Positions 25,787-33,269 of a stretch of 38,972 bases of DNA are shown piece by piece. Origin of the DNA: a virus. Lineage: Duplodnaviria; Caudoviricetes. The position numbers and the translations under genes are program-made. The first letter of the stretch is position 1. Each line of letters opens with the position of its first letter. The stretch is from IMG/VR virus record IMGVR_UViG_3300031184_000004, positions 1 to 38,972 of that record. The stretch is one strand, 5' to 3'. The notes below the pieces were generated by a model that was not told where the DNA came from, did not search any database, and worked only from the letters and a program-made list of their open reading frames with translations.

Positions 25787-26116
25787 TTAGATGACGGTTG
25801 CGGTGAACATGCGGGCGGCGAACTCGGCGAGCATTGCTTTGGTTGCGGCGGCCGGTGCGGTTATCGTCCAGATCTCGCCTTCGTAGCGGACCTTGAAAGA
25901 GCGCTTGTCCTTAAGGTGTCCGGCGTGCCGCAGGGCTTCCTTGCCGCGCTCCGTGATCAGGTAGGGTGTCCCTTCTCCACCTGCGAGCAGGCCATCAGCA
26001 GCAAGGCGCTTGATCATACGTAGGTTACTGCCGTTGCGGGTGTTGACGCCGGTGTTTAGTGGGTTGCCAGTTTCGTGCGCGGCGAGCAATGCTTTAATCT
26101 GTGCGGGTGTGGTCAT
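25787..26116 (-). CDS. hypothetical protein with winged-helix-like segment
   Basis: MIKRLAADGLL ... YLITERGKEAL resembles the helix+wing of a wHTH; CAGGA RBS. Confidence 0.6.
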   Translation of the reverse strand: MTTPAQIKALLAAHETGNPLNTGVNTRNGSNLRMIKRLAADGLLAGGEGTPYLITERGKEALRHAGHLKDKRSFKVRYEGEIWTITAPAAATKAMLAEFAARMFTATVI

Positions 26117-26260
26117 AATATCGTTTCCTGTGTGACCATGTTTCGGGGTTATATCGCGTCGGTTTGACTGGGCTTTTAGGGCCTCCCTACTTCCGGTTTT
26201 TCTAGGGTTCCCTCGGTTTACCCGAGACCTTCGCGGAAGCAGTTCGTCTGTCTATGTACT

Positions 26261-26292
26261 TAATATGGGCTGCTTATGGGCGGTTGTCAATA
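26261..26292 (-). promoter_or_regulatory. sigma70-like promoter, copy 1
   Basis: Minus strand TTGACA-17 nt-CATATT; 32 bp identical to 26502-26533. Confidence 0.8.
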
Positions 26293-26315
26293 ACTATTTT
26301 AGAAAGTCTGGGGGA

Positions 26316-26474
26316 TTAAATCCCCCTCTTTTCCCATTTTGCGAACCGGTGTCCAATCTCGTCTTTGTTTCCGGTTCCTTCTGTTAGGTGTCTGTGAAGA
26401 TCTCCGAATATTTCTGCTAGTTCCTGATCTTCCGTTTCGCCGTAGTGCTTGAGTATGTATTTGTAGAGTTTCAT
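26316..26474 (-). CDS. small AT-rich early protein (52 aa)
   Basis: GGAGGA RBS; directly downstream of promoter copy 2. Confidence 0.75.
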   Translation of the reverse strand: MKLYKYILKHYGETEDQELAEIFGDLHRHLTEGTGNKDEIGHRFAKWEKRGI

Positions 26475-26501
26475 CTGAGTTCCTCCGTTGCTTCTGATTA
26501 C

Positions 26502-26533
26502 TAATATGGGCTGCTTATGGGCGGTTGTCAATA
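26502..26533 (-). promoter_or_regulatory. sigma70-like promoter, copy 2
   Basis: TTGACA-17 nt-CATATT on the minus strand. Confidence 0.8.
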
Positions 26534-26540
26534 GTAAACT

Positions 26541-26699
26541 TTAATTTTTATTTCTTCTTTTCCAGTCTCTGAGAATTTCTAAGCGCATTCCTGGGGATAA
26601 CTTCTCAAAATCTTCCTGCGTTCCTTTAAAACATCCATCCGGTAAATCGTAAACTGTAGGAACTGCTTCGCTATAGTAGCCTTTAGATTTGCGCTTCAT
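26541..26699 (-). CDS. small AT-rich early protein (52 aa)
   Basis: AGGAGG RBS; directly downstream of promoter copy 3. Confidence 0.75.
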   Translation of the reverse strand: MKRKSKGYYSEAVPTVYDLPDGCFKGTQEDFEKLSPGMRLEILRDWKRRNKN

Positions 26700-26724
26700 C
26701 TTGGTTCCTCCTGGTTGATGACTT

Positions 26725-26753
26725 GTTATGGGCTGCTTATGTCCCATAGTCAA
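26725..26753 (-). promoter_or_regulatory. sigma70-like promoter, copy 3 (variant)
   Basis: TTGACT-17 nt-CATAAC on the minus strand; shares CATAAGCAGCCCATA with copies 1 and 2. Confidence 0.7.
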
Positions 26754-28663
26754 GGATAAAACCTTTCCCTGATGATAAGTTTCTCTGTCTCGCCAGCGTA
26801 GAACCTCATGTCGTAGTCGATGGGCTCGCCGTTGTATTGCTGTGCTAGCCGCAGCTTGCTTGCGTGCTCGGCGTCGGCGTGGGCTTCCCATTCTTTTTTG
26901 GTGGGGAAGAAGCTATAGCAGGCCGTGCAGCACCAGGAACCACGCCGGCCGATCACGTCAGCGTGCCCACGGGCATGAATGCGCGTCGTCGTCTTGGGCA
27001 TGTGCTTGACCGCGCTGCGGCCCGTGGGGCTGACGTAGTAGCGGACGATGCCATGTTGGCTGGTGCCATCGTCCAGCTGGAGGCGGCTGGACTTGCTGAG
27101 ATCGAGCCTCATGAGGAAGTCCCACGGGTCGCCGTGCGCCGCGATGAACTGCTCGGGATCCTCGCCGCGCACCATGGCCGCTTCCGCCGCGTGGCGGATG
27201 ATGGGCATGCTGTGGTTCTGGTGCCATTCCCGCTCTGGATTGTACGCGCCTTTGCGCTTGAGCTTTCCCGTCTCAGCGTACTCGGCCAAGTAGTTATTTA
27301 CGTCTCTGCACCAAAGACGAGAGTAGTAATTTGTCTCAAGGGGCATCTGGCAACCGGCGGACCATTGCGCGCAAGCCTGGGCGAGTGCATCCCGCTGCTC
27401 GACAGGGCACACGACGGTCACGCCGTCCGTGTTGAGCTGGACCAGGCGCACGCCGCGCACGGCAAGCATCATCTCGGCCAGCTTGAGGATGAGCAGCTGA
27501 CCGTTGATGGCCACGGCGAACATCCACGCAAGGTCGAAGAAACACGTCCAGGGGCTTCCGGCGGATCCGTAGACGCTGTTGAGCGCCAGCTTGATTGCGA
27601 GGTTCTCGGGGCTTCCCTTGGCGCTCTGGAAGCGCCGCGCGAGCAGGGCCGCGTAGATGTCGCAAAACGCCGGGCCGAGGTGGGCGGGAAAGATGCGGTT
27701 CTTGATGGCGATGTTCGGATAGAAGCTCGTCACGTCCACATCGATGATGTCGTGGTACCTGTCGGCCAGCACCATCTTGCGATCGATGCTGCCGTGAATG
27801 CCGCCGAGGCCGGCGGTGACCTCGACGCCGTCGAGCGTGAAGCTGTGCGATGACCAGGCGTTGCCGTCGAGCAGGGCAAAGCTACCCGTCTCATCGATCC
27901 ACACGCGCCGGAAGGTATCGAGGCAGTGGGCAAGCTCTGGCCGCGTGAACCAGATATATGGGAAAATCACATCCCGCAGCTTGACGCCGTCCGGCCTGGG
28001 CGTTTGGAGCGGGACGCGCTTGCCCAGTTCATCGCGGCCATGGGTTTCCACGCCGAGGGCTTTTAGCTCACGTTCAAAATAGCGGCGGCCGAGACCGGTG
28101 TCGCTTTGGTTTATCCATTCCGGGTTGATGGCGCAGCGAAGGTCGATCTTATCTTTGCTCGACAGATAGAACCGCTCAGTTTCCGTCACGTCGTGGGCAT
28201 TATATCCTAAGACGATATCCATCTCATCATAGTTGAGATGCACACCAAATGGGATAGGGCAATCCATTACATTCTTGGATCGCATATTGAATTGGAGTTT
28301 CTTTAGGCTGGTGGACTTGGCGCGATTATTGAAATGGTGGATCGTGAACAGATCAACTTGCGGCACGGCCGGTTGCCAGATGATGTTGCTAAAGCGATCG
28401 TTGCTCGCAAATATTTCCTGGTTCTTGGCGTACATGCCGGCCGCATCGATGTCGGGATGTTCCATGAAATGTTGCACCATCGGCCAGTCATAGGCGAGAT
28501 TATTGAAGCCTATCATCTGGTCCGCTGCGGCGATGCGGCGCCACAAAGCGGCGTTGTCGCGCCGCCGATCGGAGATCTCGTAAAAGACACCGGGCTCTCC
28601 CACCGGCTTGATGCACATGGACCAGAAATTAGGGAAAGCCTCGGTGTCATAGACTTGGGGCAT
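26750..28663 (-). CDS. DNA polymerase, family B-like, with N-terminal 3'-5' exonuclease
   Basis: ExoI YDTE, ExoII GFNN..YD, ExoIII YN.HDV; polymerase motifs DVTSFYPN, KLALNSVYG, NTDG, KRKG; start at ATG 28663. Confidence 0.9.
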   Translation of the reverse strand: MPQVYDTEAFPNFWSMCIKPVGEPGVFYEISDRRRDNAALWRRIAAADQMIGFNNLAYDWPMVQHFMEHPDIDAAGMYAKNQEIFASNDRFSNIIWQPAVPQVDLFTIHHFNNRAKSTSLKKLQFNMRSKNVMDCPIPFGVHLNYDEMDIVLGYNAHDVTETERFYLSSKDKIDLRCAINPEWINQSDTGLGRRYFERELKALGVETHGRDELGKRVPLQTPRPDGVKLRDVIFPYIWFTRPELAHCLDTFRRVWIDETGSFALLDGNAWSSHSFTLDGVEVTAGLGGIHGSIDRKMVLADRYHDIIDVDVTSFYPNIAIKNRIFPAHLGPAFCDIYAALLARRFQSAKGSPENLAIKLALNSVYGSAGSPWTCFFDLAWMFAVAINGQLLILKLAEMMLAVRGVRLVQLNTDGVTVVCPVEQRDALAQACAQWSAGCQMPLETNYYSRLWCRDVNNYLAEYAETGKLKRKGAYNPEREWHQNHSMPIIRHAAEAAMVRGEDPEQFIAAHGDPWDFLMRLDLSKSSRLQLDDGTSQHGIVRYYVSPTGRSAVKHMPKTTTRIHARGHADVIGRRGSWCCTACYSFFPTKKEWEAHADAEHASKLRLAQQYNGEPIDYDMRFYAGETEKLIIRERFYP

Positions 28664-28914
28664 TATCTCTGAAATCTTGCAGGGTTTTTGAGGATGATTG
28701 GCGGTTCGGTCCAGCGGCACAGCCTTACCGTGCCACCTTCGCCGCCTATGCATTTGGCGAAGTTCCAACCATTGCGGCCGTAGCGGCTGGCGATCCAGTT
28801 GCCGCCGGCCGGCGGCTTGCGCAGATATTCGGCGTAAACCTCACGGCAAAGCGCTTTGTCCTCGGCCGTGAGCCACCAGATACCGAAAGCGCCGTGCAGC
28901 AACCTACTCCACAT
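28663..28914 (-). CDS. hypothetical protein (83 aa)
   Basis: TAATG-coupled to the polymerase start. Confidence 0.55.
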   Translation of the reverse strand: MWSRLLHGAFGIWWLTAEDKALCREVYAEYLRKPPAGGNWIASRYGRNGWNFAKCIGGEGGTVRLCRWTEPPIILKNPARFQR

Positions 28915-29131
28915 GGAGCGACACCGGCGGGATTGCGCCGTAGAGCGTCAGGACCACGACGCCGCCGGCATTGAGGACCGCCAGCTCGTCAGCGTCGGGC
29001 GTCCACGCGCTCTGTATGGTGTCGCCTTCCTTGCGCACGGCGAGCGAGCAGCATTCGCCGTGGGTGGCTGCGTCCCAGTCTGTCGGCGCGGTCAACAGGC
29101 AGTTGGCGCCGGTGATGATGGCGGGTGTCAT
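28904..29131 (-). CDS. hypothetical protein (75 aa)
   Basis: GGAGGA RBS; AP.DWD....C..L...S.W.P..DEL..LNAGG. Confidence 0.7.
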   Translation of the reverse strand: MTPAIITGANCLLTAPTDWDAATHGECCSLAVRKEGDTIQSAWTPDADELAVLNAGGVVVLTLYGAIPPVSLHVE

Positions 29132-29283
29132 TTGGGATCCTCCCTATCCTTCCATTTGACCTTGGGCAAGGTGACCGGAATGCGTTGCTTGCGCAGGCCG
29201 TCCGCAATGTCTTCGTTCTGCGGCTCACCTTGATCCTTGCGTTTCTTGTCTTCGTCGCTAATTTTGCGTGGGCCGCGCGACAT
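29128..29283 (-). CDS. small charged protein (51 aa; not in ORF track)
   Basis: MSRGPRKISDED...; AGGAGG RBS; ATGA coupling. Confidence 0.6.
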   Translation of the reverse strand: MSRGPRKISDEDKKRKDQGEPQNEDIADGLRKQRIPVTLPKVKWKDREDPK

Positions 29284-29428
29284 TATCGCCCCTCCTGCTT
29301 AGATACTCGGCAATCTTCCTGCCGTGTTTGCTGTTGATATTTGCCCAACGCTGGGCACGCCGTTTACGATCGCCGAACAGATGCTTTAGACGACGATCGC
29401 GGAACTCACGTGCGCGGCGAGATGACAT
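29258..29428 (-). CDS. small Arg-rich protein (56 aa)
   Basis: MSSRRAREFR...; fills the operon gap. Confidence 0.45.
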   Translation of the reverse strand: MSSRRAREFRDRRLKHLFGDRKRRAQRWANINSKHGRKIAEYLSRRGDNVARPTQN

Positions 29429-29432
29429 CGGT

Positions 29433-29687
29433 CTACCTGTCCCACTCGCCGCTGCATTCTGGGCAACCGCAGCGGTACGGCGCATTGATTGCAGCGATAT
29501 CAGCGTCTCGGCGAACCTTGTATGCTCGAAAGCTTCCATGTCCGTCACACATGGAACAGGGTAAGTCTCTGACATCTCCGTTTCCATAGTTGATCATCTC
29601 CCTTGCGTTGCCGTGACATGCCGGGCATGGCGCTAATGCGACGCGAATGCTTGAAAGCATGCGTTTGATGGTTTTGAGCATAGTCAT
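29433..29687 (-). CDS. Cys-rich zinc-finger protein
   Basis: CPACHG, CSMCDGHG, CGCPEC. Confidence 0.65.
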   Translation of the reverse strand: MTMLKTIKRMLSSIRVALAPCPACHGNAREMINYGNGDVRDLPCSMCDGHGSFRAYKVRRDADIAAINAPYRCGCPECSGEWDR

Positions 29688-29732
29688 CCCCTAGAGGTGG
29701 GCGAGCACCCGAGGGTGCCCGCCGTATAGGTG

Positions 29733-30434
29733 TCAGAACCCCTTGACGCCGTTCGCCCAGTTTTCGAAGTGCGCCCAGATGGCAAGGCGGTTGGCTTCGA
29801 TGGCCATCAACGCGGGATCGCACGGATGATGCTTAAACGTCGTTTCGATGAACTTCTGATGCTCACCGGTGACAAGCTGCTTCTGGCAAAGGTCAACCCA
29901 CTTGGCCTTGTATTCCTCGACGGTGGGCACATATGGCGCGGCCGGCGAGGGGCTCGCCGATGGCACGGACCATGTGCCGTCTGTCGGCGCCGTGGCCACG
30001 GGCGTGGCGCTAGGTGTCGGTGCGGCAGTATTCGCCGTAGTGGCAACCGTCGACGGTGCAAGCGGGGCTGCACCGGACGGGGGCTTTGGGGCAAGGTATG
30101 GTGCCTCGAATGCATCGGCCAGCGCCTTGTTGTGATTGCGGCGGCGGCCCCATGTGCCATCGTCCTTGAGCTTGCCCGAATGGTAATCACCATGGAACGG
30201 CACGCCGCGACCATCCACCTTGCCCGCTGCGGCGGCTTGATCGGCCGCTTCGCCGTTGGCGTCGAGACCAGCACCAGCAACATATTGCTGCATCGTGACG
30301 CGTTCCGATGCACCTTGCTGTAGGACGGTCGCACCATCTAACTCATGGGTGACGAAAGCCATTGCCTCGGCATAGGCTTCCACCATGTGGTGGGCTTGCT
30401 GCGGCGTGGTGAGTATGAATTCAAGCTTAATCAT
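29733..30434 (-). CDS. hypothetical replication-region protein with Pro/Ala/Thr linker
   Basis: D.RGVPF....HS.K...DGTW..RR motif recalled from phage replication modules; long ORF with codon usage like its neighbours. Confidence 0.7.
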   Translation of the reverse strand: MIKLEFILTTPQQAHHMVEAYAEAMAFVTHELDGATVLQQGASERVTMQQYVAGAGLDANGEAADQAAAAGKVDGRGVPFHGDYHSGKLKDDGTWGRRRNHNKALADAFEAPYLAPKPPSGAAPLAPSTVATTANTAAPTPSATPVATAPTDGTWSVPSASPSPAAPYVPTVEEYKAKWVDLCQKQLVTGEHQKFIETTFKHHPCDPALMAIEANRLAIWAHFENWANGVKGF

Positions 30435-30540
30435 GTTGGTTCCATTTGGCCATGAGGATGCGTTCCCACTCCTTGGCCTTGTGAGTGGGTAAGCGGTTGA
30501 GGGAAGTGCGGCCGGTATCAGGGGCTACCGGCCGCGAGGC

Positions 30541-31665
30541 TCACGACGTGGCGGGGTTGCCGTGAGCGAAGCCATGAACAGGTGGGCTACCAGGGTATGC
30601 AGTCGGTGAGGCCGGTTGCGCTTGCGTATAGTGGGCACCGGCCGGAACCGCAGGCGCTGACTGCGGAGCGTTCGCCTGTGCAGCCGGGCCGCTGGCAGGG
30701 CCGCCGGGCTGCGGCGTAGGGCCGCTAGAAGGGTATGTCGTCGCATTCGGCACATTCCCATGTGCCTGGCCCGATGAGGGCTGATGTTGTCCAGGTGCCG
30801 CATGACCAGCATGGGCCGCCGGGTTCTGAGGGTTTCCGCCTCCCTGTCCCCCGTTAGGTGCGTTTCCAGGCGTCGGCGCCGCGCCTTGCCCTCCATTCCC
30901 CGTAGCCGGGTACTGAGGGTTTACCTGTGGCTGTTGCCAACCTCCCGGTGCCTGGCCTTGCGTTGCAGCCGGTGCTTGATATCCGACGTTAGGCGCGTGA
31001 GAGGGGGCCTGCCCTGGATATGTTCCAGCCATTGAGCCTTGAGAAGGGCCAGAGCCGCCGGGTTGAAACGATCCGCCTTGCTGCGGCTGTGCCCCTGGTG
31101 GGAGCTGCGTCGGCGCGGCGCCCATGGCCTTGTCAGCCTGCGGCCCTGGGAAAATCTCATCTCCGTAGCCTTGGAATAGCCAGCGGACGAAAACCGGATT
31201 GGTGTAGAGGCCGGCGGTGTGATCGAGCTTGCCGTTACCGGCGAGGTTGGCGAGCACATCGCACCAAAAGCCTGTGCGCAAGATGGCCGCATTGATGGGC
31301 TGATTGTTCGCGTCCACCACTTTGATGTCCCAAGTGGTTTTGAACTTGAATATCCAGCAACCGGCTTGGCCAGCGCGCTCGCGCCGATCGGGTGCGTCAC
31401 CATCCGCAATTTTCCAGGCGAACTGGTTGCCGAAATTGATTTGCTGGATCCGGCCGAGGATATGCCGATGGGGTGCGTAGCTGGATTGTGCCTCGGCGAG
31501 GTAGGCGCCGAACACGCCGGGAAGCTGCGGATCATTCTTGGCCACGGCCACGGCGAAGTAGAATTCAGGCTTGGCCTTGACCTGGCCGTTCATCCCGATG
31601 GTGGATGATTTGTAGACATTACCCTCGACTATGCGGCCGGGGGGAAGTTGAATTTGCGTTGCCAT
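30541..31665 (-). CDS. single-stranded DNA-binding protein (DUF2815/OB-like) with long low-complexity tail
   Basis: GRIV.G, WKI.DGD, GCW.FKF.T, G.W.DV, GLY.NP..V, YG.EI; Gly/Pro/Gln/Ala-rich C-terminal half. Confidence 0.75.
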   Translation of the reverse strand: MATQIQLPPGRIVEGNVYKSSTIGMNGQVKAKPEFYFAVAVAKNDPQLPGVFGAYLAEAQSSYAPHRHILGRIQQINFGNQFAWKIADGDAPDRRERAGQAGCWIFKFKTTWDIKVVDANNQPINAAILRTGFWCDVLANLAGNGKLDHTAGLYTNPVFVRWLFQGYGDEIFPGPQADKAMGAAPTQLPPGAQPQQGGSFQPGGSGPSQGSMAGTYPGQAPSHAPNVGYQAPAATQGQAPGGWQQPQVNPQYPATGNGGQGAAPTPGNAPNGGQGGGNPQNPAAHAGHAAPGQHQPSSGQAHGNVPNATTYPSSGPTPQPGGPASGPAAQANAPQSAPAVPAGAHYTQAQPASPTAYPGSPPVHGFAHGNPATS

Positions 31666-31721
31666 ACTGGCGGATCCTATTGGGTTACAGAGGAACTAAA
31701 GTCATAGCCCATCCATGGGCC

Positions 31722-32195
31722 TTAGCCAAGGTTCTCCGTTATGATGGGGCGTTTCTTATGCGCACCGTTGCGGACATGCTCGACGGCCTGGGCAACGCTC
31801 ATCTCCGTAGGCATGATGCCATCGGGGCTTGAGCGTTTCTCATGCTCAATGAACTTTGTCATATCGCGGAGCAGGTTATGAGGCTTCGTGTTGGCTTGAT
31901 CGCTAAGACCAAGACGAACTTCCATGTCGCGGATGGTATCGGCCGACTTGAGGACGTTTTGATAGAGGTGGAGGGCTGCGCGTACCTCACGCGGCTCGGT
32001 CGCGGCCGGCTGCGGCACATCAACGTGATGTGTCATCAGATCGGCGATGGAATTGGCGACAATGCGGATTTCCTCGGCCGCCTGGGCGAACTCGTGGATG
32101 CTATCGGTAGCGAACCCAGCCATGCGGTGGGTAAGCTCTTCAAGCCGTGCCTGTAGCATCTGACGGATATAATTGCGGGTGGTGTCATGCATCAT
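31722..32195 (-). CDS. hypothetical protein
   Basis: 157 aa helical ORF on the operon strand. Confidence 0.65.
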   Translation of the reverse strand: MMHDTTRNYIRQMLQARLEELTHRMAGFATDSIHEFAQAAEEIRIVANSIADLMTHHVDVPQPAATEPREVRAALHLYQNVLKSADTIRDMEVRLGLSDQANTKPHNLLRDMTKFIEHEKRSSPDGIMPTEMSVAQAVEHVRNGAHKKRPIITENLG

Positions 32196-32501
32196 GGAAA
32201 TGAGCCTTTAGCCAAGCTTCAAACCGCTCCCGCGCTTGGGGATGAGATCGGCGCCAGGCGTTACCGATCGCGGATTTAATGGGCCAGCCCAATTTGAGCA
32301 TGAGCCGCAATTCAATGATGAAACGCATTAACCTCATGGTTTGCAGCACTCCTTTGCCTTGCGCATGTCGCGCTTTAGCTTAGCCGCCAACCCAAGATCG
32401 TCGCATGCCTCGGCGGCTTTGGCTTGGCGACGGATGCGTATGAGCGTGTGCTTGTCCATGGTTTCCTCCATAACCACTCATAGGACAGGAAGGGGACATA
32501 G

Positions 32502-32789
32502 TCAAGGCTTGTCTGTTATGTCGTCCAGATGATTTTTGCCGACTTGGGTTAGGACCAGCTTGCCCGATGCGTTGCGCTTGACGTATCCGACAGAGCGCGC
32601 CCAGTCATATTGCGCCGCGAAGTTACTGCCGGTGATGGGGCCGCCGAGACCCTTGCCGGCGGCAATGAGCTGCAAGAATTCAAGGCGCCGAGCTGTTATG
32701 AGCGTCGGCCGCTTTACTATCCCTCCGGTGGGTGGCAACGCCATTTTCCATCTCCGTCGTGATGTTGCGCCATGCCGCGCCGGCTGCAA
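32502..32789 (-). CDS. hypothetical protein, possible winged helix (start uncertain)
   Basis: RLEFLQLI ... GYV ... LVLTQVGKNHL. Confidence 0.45.
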   Translation of the reverse strand: MQPARHGATSRRRWKMALPPTGGIVKRPTLITARRLEFLQLIAAGKGLGGPITGSNFAAQYDWARSVGYVKRNASGKLVLTQVGKNHLDDITDKP

Positions 32790-33080
32790 TCGCTTATGTT
32801 GTCATTGTCATGGCCGCCGCAGCTGTGAAGCAGGCCGGTCGCCAGCGCGATGGCAACGGCCAGACTAATGGCCGTGAACGATAGCGGACAACTCGATAAT
32901 GTCGGCGGCTGCTTGCCCGATGTGGTGAGCGGTTGCAGTCGTGGCGCCGGCCGTGCTTGCGGCGAGAGCGTCCACCAGGTTGTCGGCGATGTAATCGAGA
33001 GCGATCTCGCGGGCGGTGTTGTCGGTGTCATCCATCTTGCGTCCTGTAGGCGAGCGCCGAGGCGCCCGCATTTGTCGGTA

Positions 33081-33212
33081 TTAGCCAGGTGTTGTGGGAG
33101 CGGGCTTGAACAGCGGCGGGCCGCTGCGGTGCATGCCGGCCGGCGGGTCGCCTGCGCAACCTGCCATGAGCAGAGCGGCGAGGCCGAGAAGTCCGTAAAT
33201 AAGCTTTGTCAT
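33081..33212 (-). CDS. small lipoprotein (43 aa; not in ORF track)
   Basis: MTKLIYGLLGLAALLMAG/C signal peptide with lipobox; AGGA RBS; first gene of the leftward operon. Confidence 0.7.
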   Translation of the reverse strand: MTKLIYGLLGLAALLMAGCAGDPPAGMHRSGPPLFKPAPTTPG

Positions 33213-33227
33213 CTTGCATCCTAAATG

Positions 33228-33262
33228 GTTATGGGCTAGTTATGGGCTGCTTGTGACATAGG
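33228..33262. promoter_or_regulatory. divergent control region with TATGGGC direct repeat
   Basis: GTTATGGGCT occurs twice at 11-bp spacing; shares TATGGGCTGCTT with the 26.2-26.8 kb promoters; sits between divergent operons. Confidence 0.65.
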
Positions 33263-33269
33263 GGGTAGC

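Noticed and set aside
25207-26533. CRISPR array or integron attC sites
   Set aside because: Only two copies per repeat, separated by whole genes; no cas or integron integrase; no attC RYYYAAC/GTTRRRY boundaries evident
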